Shown here: positions 31,176 to 41,587 of the stretch, one piece after another
Numbering within the stretch: the first letter of the stretch is position 1
Layout of the letters: every line of letters begins with the position of its first letter
Source of the DNA: an uncultured Armatimonadia bacterium
GTDB taxonomy: Bacteria > Armatimonadota > Zipacnadia > CAVVLO01
DNA: 64,000 bases
NCBI GenBank assembly: GCA_963749155.1
Contig: CAVVLO010000002.1
Coordinates: 96,001 to 160,000 of the forward strand
Direction: 5' to 3'
Translations under genes and position numbers: made by a program
Notes under the pieces: model-generated
What the model was told of the DNA's origin: nothing
What the model saw: only the letters and a program-made list of their open reading frames with translations
The model's database searches: none

Positions 31176-32139
31176 TCAGGCCATATTACGCGCGAAGGCG
31201 CTAGCCAGTATCTCTTCGACAAGCTGGTCGTAACTTAGTCCAACTTCCTCGGCCTCGGCTGGTAGGTCGCTTGTATCTGTAAGCCCCGGCAGAGTGTTGA
31301 TTTCTATCAGATAGGGCCGATTATCTTCGGCGGCCACCTGCATATCAATCCGACTGTAACCATGGCACCCCAGCAAACGATGCGCTTCCACAGCCAGCTC
31401 CTGCACCTGCCGAGTTACTTCCGGTCCAAGCCTCGCAGGCAGAATAAAGTCCGTCGCGCCCGCGGTATATTTTGCCTCGTAATCGTAAAACTTGCCCTGG
31501 GGCACGAGCTCCAATACCGGCAAGGCTCTCAGCGATTCGCCCCAGCCTAGCACGCCAACTGTTATCTCCTGCCCAGCAATATATCGCTCGCAGAAGGAAA
31601 GTCCATAATACTCCGTAACCTGACGAATTGTATTGGCAAGTTCCTCGAGCGTCTCGCAAATAGATACGCCCACACTGGAGCCTTCACAGAGCCGGTTTAA
31701 CAACTACAGGCAATCCCAGTTGGTCCGCCACTCTGGCCGCCTGGCTTTCTGCCATCTCGCCCCGATAAAGCACGACAGACTCCGGTGTTTCAAGCCCGTA
31801 AGTGCGCCAAAGTCCCTTGGTGGCCAGCTTGTGCAAGCCGACAGCGCTTGCAAATACGCCACTACCTGTATAAGGCAAGCCAAACGTCTCGAGGAAGCCC
31901 TGGATCGTGCCGTCCTCTCCCGCGCCTCCATGCAAAGCTAGAAAAGCAACCTGGTAGTCGCCCTCAATTAGAGAGCGTGTCAGGCCCTGGGCCGTATCAA
32001 CCAGTGCGGCTTCATAACCTAGACGCTCGAGTGCGGCCTGGACCCTGGCGCCAGTGCGAAAGGAGACTTCCCTTTCACTGCTTGCGCCACCAGCCAGAAC
32101 AGCCACACGCTTCAGGTCGGCAGGCAAAGAATAACTCAT
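31176..32139 (-). CDS. ddl: D-alanine--D-alanine ligase (frameshift near 31688)
   Basis: GGASSEREVS, LHGGAGEDGTIQG, VVKP then EGSSVGVS, FYDYEAKY, SRID, EINTLPG. Confidence 0.92.
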
Positions 32140-32151
32140 TCGTCTTCGCCT

Positions 32152-33211
32152 CTAAAGAGGCAGCTTGACCGGCGCTGAATCGTTGCGGCCCGATGCCAGA
32201 ATCGCATTTATGACCTCAACCGCTTTACGCGCCTCGCGACCGCTGACTGTAGGTTCGGCCCCCTCCAGGATGCAGTCGCACAGGTTCTCGACATGAGCCC
32301 GGTGCCCCTGAAAACTGATTGCCATCGGGTCATCTGCGCCACTACCTACCTCAACCTCATCGAGTTTGGCCCTGCCCTTGGCGCCCGAGCCTTCGCGCTC
32401 TGACTTCAGCTCCCAGGAGATTATCCTCCCATCCTGCCAGATAAGGCTGCCCTCGCTGCCATGAAGTTCGATCTTCGAATAATAGCCAGGATAGGCACAG
32501 GTTGTGGCGATGACTGAAGCCCAACCGCCTGCTTTCCGGTCGAGCCAGGCATAGGTCACGTCATCAGCTTCCATCTTGTGGGCCATTGTCGCAAAACGCC
32601 CTCGCACGTTGTCGAAGGGGCCAACAAACCATTGCAGCAAGTCTACAAAATGGCAACACTGGTTTATGATGGCGCCGCCCCCGTCAAGAGCCCAGGTGCC
32701 ATGCCATTCATCATCGTAATAATCCTGACCGCGCCACCATTTCATCGAAAGGTCGGCCATATAAAGGTCTCCGAGCAATCCGTCCTCAATAGCCTTTTTG
32801 ACCTCACGACTTGCCTGGGCATATCGATTCTGGAAGACACAAGACAGGACGACCTGATTTTCTTCGGCCGCTGCGACGAAGCGGTCACAGGCCTCAACGG
32901 TAATGTCCAGTGGCTTTCTCTGACAGGATGTGCTTGCCAGCCCTGGCCGCTGCCACGCCGATGGTGGCATGCAAGCCACTGGGGGCGCAGATGCTGATGG
33001 CGTCGATATCATCGCGCGCAAGCAACTCGTTGAAGTCTTCATAGACGTCGCCACCGCCATTCTCACTGGCCCGCCTCTCTGCCCTGTCCAGCTTGATATC
33101 GCAGAAAGCCACCAGTTCGGCGCGCTCGCACTCGCGCACTGCATCACAGTGGGCGCCACTGATGCCACCGCTGCCGACGATACCCCAAGCCAATTTGCCG
33201 TCCTTTGTCAT
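32152..33211 (-). CDS. Gfo/Idh/MocA oxidoreductase (frameshift near 32916)
   Basis: GIVGSGGIS, AGKHILSEK then PL, GGGAIINQCCHFVD. Confidence 0.88.
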
Positions 33212-34050
33212 TACGAAAGCCCTCCCTGATTTAGCGAAGCCAGGTAGCTGCGAAGCGTCTCCGCGAACTGCGGCAGAGCCACTTCAGGCTCTTCGAGCTG
33301 TTGCTGCCACCGTTTTTCCCACTCAAAACTGTAATAGCCCTGATACCCTCGCTTCAAAGTAAGCTCGAGGAAAGGCGCCAGAGGGATGTCTCCCATACCA
33401 GTCAGGCACAACTGGACTGTGCCATCAGGCAGCAAGCGCGAGTCCTTCAGATGCGCGTGGCCGAGTCTGCTGCCGAGGTAATCCCAGCTTGCTTCCAGGC
33501 TTTCCCCAGCCCGCCAGGGGTGATGCATATCCCACAAAGCGCAACTTGCCTCGGGATTGCCTGCCGCCAGCACCGCGCCAACTCGCTTGCCAGTGACAAA
33601 AAAATCGTGAGTCTCCAAAGCCAGTCTTACTTTATAACTGGCAGCGAAGACTTCCGCCTGCCTGAGGGTAAGTTGTGCCGCCTCGAGTGCTTCTGCTTCG
33701 GTCGCGCCTTCCGGCGGATTGCCTCCGAAGACACGCACCAGAGGCGCTCCCAACTGCTGGGCAATTAGGCAATAATCGGCTAGCTCGCTCAGGGTAGCCT
33801 CTCGCCTGGCTTTGTCTACCTGGCACAGCTGCGCGCTGGAAGCCACTACCACTGGTTTTATCCCGGCACTGGCTAGTCGCTGTTTCAACACTGGTAAATG
33901 AGCCTTGGAAAAAAGAGGCGAATTACGCAGATCAACCTGGTCCAGGTAACCCCTGAACTCAAGTCCCGAATATCCACATTCCACAGCGCAATCCAGAATC
34001 TGATCGAGGTCCCAATTGGGGCACCCGAGCGTGCTGAAAGCAAGTTTCAT
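33211..34050 (-). CDS. Sugar phosphate isomerase/epimerase (xylose isomerase-like TIM barrel)
   Basis: MKLAFSTLGCP, VRVFGG, LETHD, LWDMHH, HLKD, SFEWEKRW. Confidence 0.88.
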   Translation of the reverse strand: MKLAFSTLGCPNWDLDQILDCAVECGYSGLEFRGYLDQVDLRNSPLFSKAHLPVLKQRLASAGIKPVVVASSAQLCQVDKARREATLSELADYCLIAQQLGAPLVRVFGGNPPEGATEAEALEAAQLTLRQAEVFAASYKVRLALETHDFFVTGKRVGAVLAAGNPEASCALWDMHHPWRAGESLEASWDYLGSRLGHAHLKDSRLLPDGTVQLCLTGMGDIPLAPFLELTLKRGYQGYYSFEWEKRWQQQLEEPEVALPQFAETLRSYLASLNQGGLS

Positions 34051-34090
34051 TAGTTGCTCCGCAAGCAGGCCGGCCTGCAACCTGGCTGGC

Positions 34091-35578
34091 TTAGACGTCT
34101 AGCTCCGCCGTTGCCTCGTTGCTCAGCTGGGTAAGGGCCGTAAGCTCTTCTTCTGCCAGGCCTTCCTGTTCCTTGACTATCTCTTTCAGCACGCGCACCA
34201 GTTCGGCATCGAACTTGGTGCCTGCGCCCTTCATCAATTCGGCAATCGCGCGCCTGGGCGACCAGGCTGGGCCATCCATCCCGTTAACCCAGGAGTCATA
34301 TTGATCTACTATGGCAATCATCCGGGTGTTTTGGTCAAGGTCATCGGCGGTCAGATGCTCAGGATAGCCAGAGCCGTCCAACCGCTCGTGGTGGCTGCGG
34401 ACCATCCTGAGTACTGAATTCAGGAAGCGCACCGGCTCCAGTATGCTCGCTCCGATAAGGGCATGCATGGTGTTTGTATATTCTTCGCGCAATGCCTGAT
34501 CGGCAAAGGGCAGGGCGTCATCTTCGGAGATGCCTATCTTGCCCACATCGTGGAGCATTGTGCCAAACTTGATCAGCTCGACATTTTCCTGGTCCAGTCC
34601 CTGACGCCTGGCCATCTCCAGCATTAGCTTGAGCACCCTGTTGGTATGGCCCATTGCCTCGGGATCTTTGGCTTCGATAGCCAGGGAGAGAGCCCGGACG
34701 GTGTCATAGTAACCAGCGCGGACATTCTCGTGCAGCATGGCGTTCTCGATGGCGATTGCAGCCTGAGAAGCGAAAGCCATCAGCAGCGCTACTTCGTCCT
34801 GATTGAACCGCCTGCGCTTGTCGTTGTAGACCTTAATAACACCGACGACCCGCTGTTTGGTGGTGAGTGGGAGGGCCAGGACTGACGTAATACCCTCGGC
34901 CTCTGCCAGCTCATGGTGCTGGTAGCGCTTGTCTGTCTTGGCGTTCTCGACGTAGACAATTCTGCCCTGCAGGGCTTCCTGATTGACCAGACTCTTGGTC
35001 AGATCAACTGGTTCCTTGTCAAAATAATGGCGAGAGAGTCCAGCGGCGGCATAACGGGGCAACACTTCATCTCCATCTCCGCTCTCGGTAAACAGGCGAA
35101 TCGAGCAAGCCTTCACATGCATTACCTGTTGGGCCTCTTCAGCTATCCGCCTGAGTACATCCTCCAGCCGGAGCGAAGAAGCGACATGGTTGGCGACCTG
35201 GTAGAGGGTAGCGAATTCTCTTGTGCGCTGCCGCAGGAGTGATGCAAGTCGCGAAGTAAGGCCTGCGATGACGAAGAAGAAACCTGCCCTTACAAGAGGG
35301 ACTACGACGGCTAGTTCCATCGTGTTGTCAGGCTTGATCATTACCATCGCGAGGAAAGCTGCGATGAGCGCAACAAAGATGCCTCCCAGCTCTTCCAGGA
35401 AGAAAGCCGCCAGGATGATCGGGATATAATAGAATTGCGCCGCTGAAGCTGCCTGCGCGCCTTCACTTACGCGGACAATAAAGCTTACTCCCGCAAGCAA
35501 TAAGAGCGTCAGGAAGCCGAAAAGCAAACGTTTGCCGAAAGGGATCTCGGACTTGTAGATGCTGCCACCAGGCTCCAT
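34091..35578 (-). CDS. Membrane GAF plus HD-GYP cyclic-dinucleotide phosphodiesterase
   Basis: Four N-terminal TMs, GAF domain (..AIAIENA), HTNRV, LHDVGKIG, HHERLDGSGYP, GTKFD. Confidence 0.9.
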   Translation of the reverse strand: MEPGGSIYKSEIPFGKRLLFGFLTLLLLAGVSFIVRVSEGAQAASAAQFYYIPIILAAFFLEELGGIFVALIAAFLAMVMIKPDNTMELAVVVPLVRAGFFFVIAGLTSRLASLLRQRTREFATLYQVANHVASSLRLEDVLRRIAEEAQQVMHVKACSIRLFTESGDGDEVLPRYAAAGLSRHYFDKEPVDLTKSLVNQEALQGRIVYVENAKTDKRYQHHELAEAEGITSVLALPLTTKQRVVGVIKVYNDKRRRFNQDEVALLMAFASQAAIAIENAMLHENVRAGYYDTVRALSLAIEAKDPEAMGHTNRVLKLMLEMARRQGLDQENVELIKFGTMLHDVGKIGISEDDALPFADQALREEYTNTMHALIGASILEPVRFLNSVLRMVRSHHERLDGSGYPEHLTADDLDQNTRMIAIVDQYDSWVNGMDGPAWSPRRAIAELMKGAGTKFDAELVRVLKEIVKEQEGLAEEELTALTQLSNEATAELDV

Positions 35579-35756
35579 TAAGTAAATCCCAGGTATAAGG
35601 CTTAGTGGCTAGCGGTTTTGGGCCTGGCCCAAAGAAAACCAGGCAGGGCAAATAACGCCCCGCACCAGCCCCCCGCTCGCCGAAATCAAAAATCCCCTGA
35701 AGGCTGGCAAGCTCTTGTCCCAGAAGGGCTAAAGAACCTTCCGCCTTGTGCCGATT

Positions 35757-35765
35757 ATTATAGCA
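35757..35765 (-). promoter_or_regulatory. Extended -10 element (TGcTATAAT) for the HD-GYP gene
   Basis: Reverse complement of ATTATAGCA, about 180 nt upstream of ATG 35578. Confidence 0.45.
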
Positions 35766-35804
35766 CGCGTGCTTGAAGCGACACAACTGATTGGAGGCTT
35801 GGTA

Positions 35805-37205
35805 GTGCCACCTTACCGGCTTGGCCCAATGGATAGCTTGTTGCTCTCGGGAGCACTGGCCCGGCTTGCCGAGCGAGGAGTATCTCTGCAACCAGGCGCG
35901 CGTCTGGCTGGCCGTGTCACTCGAATTATCGGCGGCTTTAGCGAGGTCCAGCTTGCCGGAGAGCCTGTGCTTGCGCGGGTAGATGTACCCGTTTTCGCAG
36001 GCCAGCGCGCCTTATTCGAAGTCCTTGCCCTCGAACAGTCGCGACTGCACCTGCGTCTTATCCAGCCAGGGCAGGGCGCCGATTCCACCAGGTCTCTCCT
36101 GTCGGCAACCAGTCCTGATGAGATAAGCAAATCAAGCCAGGTACCCGGCTCTCCCAGTCCAACCAGTCATCGTCATCAGTTCCTCCTGCCTGCCCTCGAG
36201 CTAGCCACTCAGCTCGAAAGCGCGCTTGCTTTGCCTGCCGAAAAGGCCCGCACCTTGCTCTGGTCTGGTCAGTCCGGTTGGCCTCTGCCTCCTGCCTCTC
36301 GGCTCCTTGCCTTGCTCGCGACCCTCACAACTCGCCTTTCAGGCTCTCCTGACCAGCAGCTTCTACTACTGCGCGCCCTGCTTGGCCCGGTCGCACCGAG
36401 TGTGCTGGGGGCAGCCCTGGAGATACAGCGTCCCCTGGCGCGCAAGGCGTCCAGCGAGGCAATCCTCATCCTGGACCGGCCCGAGACTGCCACTCGACTG
36501 CCTGGACTACTCAAGCTGCTGGATGCAGCCTCTCAAGCGCTTCAGGCTGTGGACGAACTCACTCCCGAAATACTCCAGAAGATCGCCGAGCAGCTTGCAG
36601 CTCAGGGCGAAACCGCGAATCAGGCCTCGGCGAAGCTTGCCCTCGAGGCTGCCCTGGTCGAACGAGCTCTGCTGGCGACTCCAGGCTCCAGTCCGGCCCT
36701 CGCGGGGCAACTGGCCAGCCTCGATCAGGGGGGAGAGCGGCTCAGCCATGCCGAGTTGCAGGGCTTGCTGGCAGAGACGACCGCAGAGCTAGCCGAGGCT
36801 CATAATCTGTTGCTTCTGGGCAGTCCACGCGAATTGCCTGCGTCCAAAGGGCAGTTGGTGGTAGCCTGGCTCCCCCCAATGGCAACCTTTGGATGTGAAG
36901 CTCCGCCTCTTCAACTTACCTATGAGCAATTGCCCCAGGAGGAAGAGACCGCCTTACTCGAACGCTGTCATTTCACCCTTTGGCTACCTCGACTTGGTGA
37001 GGTGGAAGCCACCTTGCTGCGTTCGGAGGGGCAGTTACTGGTCAGGCTGGATACTGGTGAAGTCCATGCAAGAGTGACGCTACTTGGTGCCGCTGACGAA
37101 CTCGCAAGAGCACTTTCAAGTTTTGGAGAATGCAGGGTGGTTATTTCCAGTCCATCGCCCCCCTCAGAAGGTCAGGGAGAGGGATATTTTGATGCCACAA
37201 TCTGA
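35805..37205 (+). CDS. FliK-like / YlqG-like low-complexity protein
   Basis: GTG 35805 with GGAGG RBS; C-terminal LWLPRLGEVEATL matches FliK-C style; followed by an FlhB-C-like gene. Confidence 0.6.
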   Translation: MPPYRLGPMDSLLLSGALARLAERGVSLQPGARLAGRVTRIIGGFSEVQLAGEPVLARVDVPVFAGQRALFEVLALEQSRLHLRLIQPGQGADSTRSLLSATSPDEISKSSQVPGSPSPTSHRHQFLLPALELATQLESALALPAEKARTLLWSGQSGWPLPPASRLLALLATLTTRLSGSPDQQLLLLRALLGPVAPSVLGAALEIQRPLARKASSEAILILDRPETATRLPGLLKLLDAASQALQAVDELTPEILQKIAEQLAAQGETANQASAKLALEAALVERALLATPGSSPALAGQLASLDQGGERLSHAELQGLLAETTAELAEAHNLLLLGSPRELPASKGQLVVAWLPPMATFGCEAPPLQLTYEQLPQEEETALLERCHFTLWLPRLGEVEATLLRSEGQLLVRLDTGEVHARVTLLGAADELARALSSFGECRVVISSPSPPSEGQGEGYFDATI

Positions 37206-37542
37206 GGCAGACAAACTGCAGCGATTTGCCGCCGCGCTTGCCTGGGATTCAGCCACCGATGTGGCGCCGCGCGTATTGGCAGCAGGCTCGGGATGGATGG
37301 CAGACCTGATACTCGACCTGGCGCGCAAGTCGGACGTGCCGGTGAGGGAAAACAAAGATCTGGCCGAACGGCTCAGCGCCCTGGCTCCGCCCGCCTTTAT
37401 CCCCGAGGAGCTCTATCTGGCTGTAGCCGAAGTTTATGCTTTTCTGCTGCGCCTTGACGCCGAGGTTGGTTCACATCAAGTTGGTGATGAAATAAGCAAC
37501 CCCGAGGTAAACGGCGATCCCGGAGATATCGTTCAAGGTTGA
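37192..37542 (+). CDS. EscU/YscU/FlhB C-terminal-like small protein (YlqH-like)
   Basis: AAALAW...APRVLAAGSG..A..I...A....VPVREN..LA..L...IPEELYLAVAEV. Confidence 0.85.
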   Translation: MPQSEADKLQRFAAALAWDSATDVAPRVLAAGSGWMADLILDLARKSDVPVRENKDLAERLSALAPPAFIPEELYLAVAEVYAFLLRLDAEVGSHQVGDEISNPEVNGDPGDIVQG

Positions 37543-38827
37543 TAATAGCGGATTGGCGGCAAGAGCTGGGTCCACGCCGGCCTTTGTCAGACTGACAGGC
37601 ACCAGGATCCCTGTACAAACCGAGACAATAATCGCGGCAGCCATTCCCACGCCTACCGATAAGGCAACGGTGCTGTCAGAAGTCCACATCAGCGCCACAA
37701 AGCCAAGCGTCAGGCCGAAAACAATCCCAAGGAAAGTAGCTGCCGTCATCTGCTTGAAGAAAGCCCGACGCAGCACTGACCGGCTTGCTTCTTTTTCGAT
37801 TAGCGCCCTGATAATCAAGGTCATCGTCTGAGCGCCGGAGGCATTGCCCAGGGCGGCTATTGCCGGCACGAACATTGCGAACATCAGCGGATCATGGTGG
37901 CCGAGTTTTTTTGCCACTACCCCTACCAGGATGCTCGAGATGATAGCATCGCCCAAGGATACCAGCAGATAAGGTACACGACTGGTTGCAGTCTGCATTG
38001 ACGTGAGCGTCAAGGTCTCGGTCAAACTCATCCCGGCCATCTTGAGGACGTCCTCTTCATGCTCCTCTTCAATGACTTCAAGCAAGTCGTCCACTGTGAT
38101 ACGACCTAATAACACCCCTGTCTCATCCACAACAGGGATAGCGTAGAGGTTGTACTTGCTTGCGAGGCGCGACACCTCTTCTCGGTCCACATCCGGTGCA
38201 ACTTTGATGATATCGGTGGTCATCAAATCCGAGACAGGCGTCTCCAGCGCAGCGGTGACCAGTTTCCTGAAGTCGACCACTCCGAGCAGCTTGCCCAGGG
38301 TGTCTGTGACATAAAGATAAAAAACTTCCTCGGGCGTCTCGCCGCGGCGCAAGAACTCCAGCACCTGGCCTACCGTCATTGCAGGGGGCACGGTGACCAA
38401 ATCCGGTGTCATCATCGCGCCGGCGCTGTCTTCTTCGTAGCTAAGTAGCGAGCGCAACTCGGCGGATTCTTCTGGAGGCATCAGCTCGAGTACACGCGCC
38501 GCCACGTCATCTTCGAGGTCGCGCATCTGCTCTGCGCCTTCATCAGGCGGCATCGCATCTATAATCTCAGCCAGGCGGTTATCGCTCAGCCCGTCGGTAA
38601 TCTCTTCGGCGATCTCATCCTCGACCTCATCGAGTACCTCGGCGGCTTCTTCGGTGCCCAGCAGACCGAAAAGCTGATCGCGTATCTCCGACTTCCAGCT
38701 CTTCAAGCAGGTCAGCCTTGTCCGAGGCGTGAAGTCGCGCCATCATCCGCACAAGCTGCTGCTGCTGGCCAGTAGCCAGCAAGCGCTCAACAGCCTTCGC
38801 AGCTTTTTCTACATTCAGTTTGGGCAT
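37471..38827 (-). CDS. mgtE: Magnesium transporter MgtE (frameshift near 38693)
   Basis: LHASDKADLLEEL; YEEDSAGAMMT, CBS pair, GRITVDD, GNASGAQ, VDPALAANPLLSTLND. Confidence 0.92.
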
Positions 38828-38937
38828 GGTGTGCCTTCAGCTAGAGGTGAGTGGGGGCAACTCGCTTATGACAAGCGGGGTGCGCCAAACAGATGCCTAA
38901 TTCTACGTCAGCCAGCGCCGCTCGTAAAGCAGGCTGG

Positions 38938-39666
38938 CTACTCGTCCTTGCCCGGGTAGTGGAATATCCTGCTGCAGCTCGAACACTTAACTACTTCAAC
39001 ACCTGCTTTTATTTTCTGCCAGTCCTTCTGACCGATACTTACTTTACAGGCGCCGCAACTCGGCTCAATCACCGGCCAGACTACCTGGCCTCCCAGGTGT
39101 TTGCGCAGTTCGTCATAACCTGCCAGAAGCCGCGCTTCTACCAGCTTGCGGGCTTCTACGCGCTGCTTGATTAGCTCTTCGACTTCAGATTTCAACCTGC
39201 CAACAGTCTGCTCAAAGCGCTTGCGAATTTGGACATACTGGCTTTTTAGTTGTTGCACTTCGTTTTGTTTTTCGACCACCGCAGCCGTTACGGCCTCGAC
39301 TTCAGTAAACAGTTGGAGCACCTCGCCATCGAGTTTGGCGCGTTTACGCCCAAGAGCCTGAGCTTCGGCCTCAAGGTCTTGAAGCTCACGAGGATTACTG
39401 ATCCGCCCGCTGTAAAGCTTCTCCTGTTCGCGCGCGAGCTTCTCTTCGGTGCCTTTGAGTTCCAGTTCGTGGTCACGCAGTTCGCCTTCGGTCTTTTTTT
39501 TCTGGTCGGTGATACTGGCTAGCTCAGCGGCTCCTGCTTTGATCGACCTGGCTAGCTCAGCCCCGTCATCGAGCTTGCGCGCTGCTGCCAGTCGTTTGTC
39601 AATCTCAAGATCCAGTTGCTGAAGCGCCCACAACCTGTCCGTAAGAGCCAACTGCGACTCACCCAC
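38938..39666 (-). CDS. Coiled-coil plus C4 zinc-ribbon protein (DUF164-type)
   Basis: LQQLDLEID, long coiled coil, CGAC...CSSCSRIF; follows nif3 as is usual. Confidence 0.88.
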   Translation of the reverse strand: MGESQLALTDRLWALQQLDLEIDKRLAAARKLDDGAELARSIKAGAAELASITDQKKKTEGELRDHELELKGTEEKLAREQEKLYSGRISNPRELQDLEAEAQALGRKRAKLDGEVLQLFTEVEAVTAAVVEKQNEVQQLKSQYVQIRKRFEQTVGRLKSEVEELIKQRVEARKLVEARLLAGYDELRKHLGGQVVWPVIEPSCGACKVSIGQKDWQKIKAGVEVVKCSSCSRIFHYPGKDE

Positions 39667-40744
39667 CTTCAGTGGTTCGGAGACGCCAGGCGAGAGGCTC
39701 TTTCGGCTCGCACCGAGCGTACTCCAGATTTGGAAACTGCGTACCTAGAAACTCCTGCATCGCCAATATGGTTGGTTGTTCGCTGATAGCATGGCCGAGT
39801 ACCACAGTAGAAAGGCCGCGCTGCAAGGCTTCCTGGGCTGGGTGGAAACCAAGCTCGCCAGTGATGAAGAGCTCCACTCCCCGCTCTGCTGCCTCGGCCA
39901 CAAAGCTATTGCCAGAACCAGCCACAATCGCGATATGCTGGACTTTACGCTGCGGGTCATTCCCCAGTCCATATGCCCTGGCGCCCAGCTTGCCAGCAAG
40001 CCCTTCAGCCAGCACCTCAACAGCGGTGAGTTGCTTGAGCTTGCCTACCACACCTGCCGAATAGGTCGTGTTGCGATTAGCCAGGGGAGTAAGCGTCAGG
40101 CGGTTTGGAGCGCCCCCCAGCGCCTGTTGAAGCCGTTCTCGGTAGTAAGAGGTGTTGGCCTGAGCACAATCGAAAGCCATTGCTACATGGGACTCAGAAG
40201 CAAGCTCGCCTTCTTTGGCCCCTGGCTTCAAAAGCGGCACGGCTGCCAGCTCGATGTCTTGCACTCCTGCCGCCATCAAAGCGAGCGCAACCGCATCGGA
40301 TTGTTCTTCAGGCACAAAGAAAGAAAGCCGCACTTTGGTATCCTGCTCTGCCATCCCCAAAGGGGCAAGCTCTGACAAATCAATCAGGGCGGCCAGCTTC
40401 CGACTGGCCCCAAACTTGAGCGAATTGTCCGCATTGGTGTGAGCACAGTAAAGCGCGATATCCTGCTTGACCAGTTCTCTGACGAGCTGGCCTTGCGGGG
40501 TATCAAAGGTAAGTCCGGACAAAGGCTTGAAAAGCAGCGGGTGATGAGTTATGAGTAACTGGGCTTTGCGCCGGCCATCAAGGGCTAGCTGTAGCGCGGC
40601 CGCATCGCAGTCGACGGCCAGCACAATCCGCTTAACTTCACTGTTCGGATCGCCAACTTGCAACCCCACGTTATCCCAGCTTTCTGCCAGGCCTTGTGGG
40701 GCGAAGTCTTCCAGTTCCTCGATGACGTCCTTTACCAGGGGCAT
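39659..40744 (-). CDS. Nif3-like dinuclear metal centre protein
   Basis: AESWDNVGLQVG, ITHHPLLF, HTNAD, GSG, GHAISE. Confidence 0.92.
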   Translation of the reverse strand: MPLVKDVIEELEDFAPQGLAESWDNVGLQVGDPNSEVKRIVLAVDCDAAALQLALDGRRKAQLLITHHPLLFKPLSGLTFDTPQGQLVRELVKQDIALYCAHTNADNSLKFGASRKLAALIDLSELAPLGMAEQDTKVRLSFFVPEEQSDAVALALMAAGVQDIELAAVPLLKPGAKEGELASESHVAMAFDCAQANTSYYRERLQQALGGAPNRLTLTPLANRNTTYSAGVVGKLKQLTAVEVLAEGLAGKLGARAYGLGNDPQRKVQHIAIVAGSGNSFVAEAAERGVELFITGELGFHPAQEALQRGLSTVVLGHAISEQPTILAMQEFLGTQFPNLEYARCEPKEPLAWRLRTTEGG

Positions 40745-40793
40745 AACCTGACCTCGACTCTAGTCCAAGTAAAAGATTTCGCCACTCTTCAGT

Positions 40794-41534
40794 TTAGTCC
40801 TGCCAAGGCTCTGGCTTGAAACTGGCGCGCCCCTCGAAGAGCAGGTCATATGCGTCGACATTGAACTCGCGCGCCTCGATATCGAAGTCCGAAGTCTCTA
40901 CAACGACATCGCCACTGCAGTCGATAATCAGGTCGTAGTCCGGCTTCAGGATTATGTTGCCTCCCGACAGCTCTATATCGCGCCAGGAATCCACTTTGAG
41001 AGTGCCATCACAATCAATTTCGATGTTGCCCATATGGTCAATCAGTATCTTGCTGCCGTTGGCGGACAGTTCCAGCTCGCCGGGGAAGCTCCCCAGCAAC
41101 ACCGAAGCGCTTCCAGACTTCAAGCTTACCTGGTCGGTGACATCGATACGCGAACCGTTGGAGCCTGACAGCGTCACCGGTGCGGTGAGCCACTTGCCAG
41201 AATTAACTGGCCCCCAGGGTGAAGGCCCCACGATGAAAGGCTGTTCTCCCTTGCCCTGGACAAAAGTAATCAGCACCTCCTGCCCCGCCTCGAGGCTCCA
41301 GCCTGTCTCGGGCAGAGCGCGCGCGGCGGAAAATTCTTTGCCCAAACTGGCTGCTTCAAGCCGGAACTCCCTGAGTCCCGTCTCTGGGCTGGTTATTTCC
41401 AGTATCTTCGCCAAATAAAACTGCCCTGGCAGTGCTTCTGCCTGAGGCCTGGCAAGCTGCGAAAACAAAAGGAAACCAAGGGCAATGACCGCAAGCAAGG
41501 CTAGTTGCAGCTTCTGACTTCCCATACTGACCAC
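40794..41534 (-). CDS. Signal-peptide-bearing protein with Gp5/GpV/VgrG-like OB-fold and beta-repeat spike region
   Basis: LEAGQEVLITFVQGKGEQPFIVG resembles the Gp5-OB motif PxxGxEVLVxFxxGDxxxPxIxG; C-terminal short beta repeats. Confidence 0.55.
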   Translation of the reverse strand: MVSMGSQKLQLALLAVIALGFLLFSQLARPQAEALPGQFYLAKILEITSPETGLREFRLEAASLGKEFSAARALPETGWSLEAGQEVLITFVQGKGEQPFIVGPSPWGPVNSGKWLTAPVTLSGSNGSRIDVTDQVSLKSGSASVLLGSFPGELELSANGSKILIDHMGNIEIDCDGTLKVDSWRDIELSGGNIILKPDYDLIIDCSGDVVVETSDFDIEAREFNVDAYDLLFEGRASFKPEPWQD

Positions 41535-41587
41535 TCCTTCGTTGACAGTGGTGTCTCAAGCGCTTAGGATTAGCACCTGGCGTTCAA

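Noticed and set aside
23299..32139. Vancomycin-resistance cluster (VanW plus ddl)
   Set aside because: The genes are separated and on opposite strands, vanH/X/R/S are absent, and the ddl omega loop FYDYEAKY is D-Ala-D-Ala type
35579..35756. c-di-GMP riboswitch in the long leader of the HD-GYP gene
   Set aside because: I could not match the GEMM consensus by eye; an Rfam search would settle it
40794..41534. Prophage or eCIS remnant
   Set aside because: A single gene with housekeeping flanks; no integrase, tail or capsid genes seen
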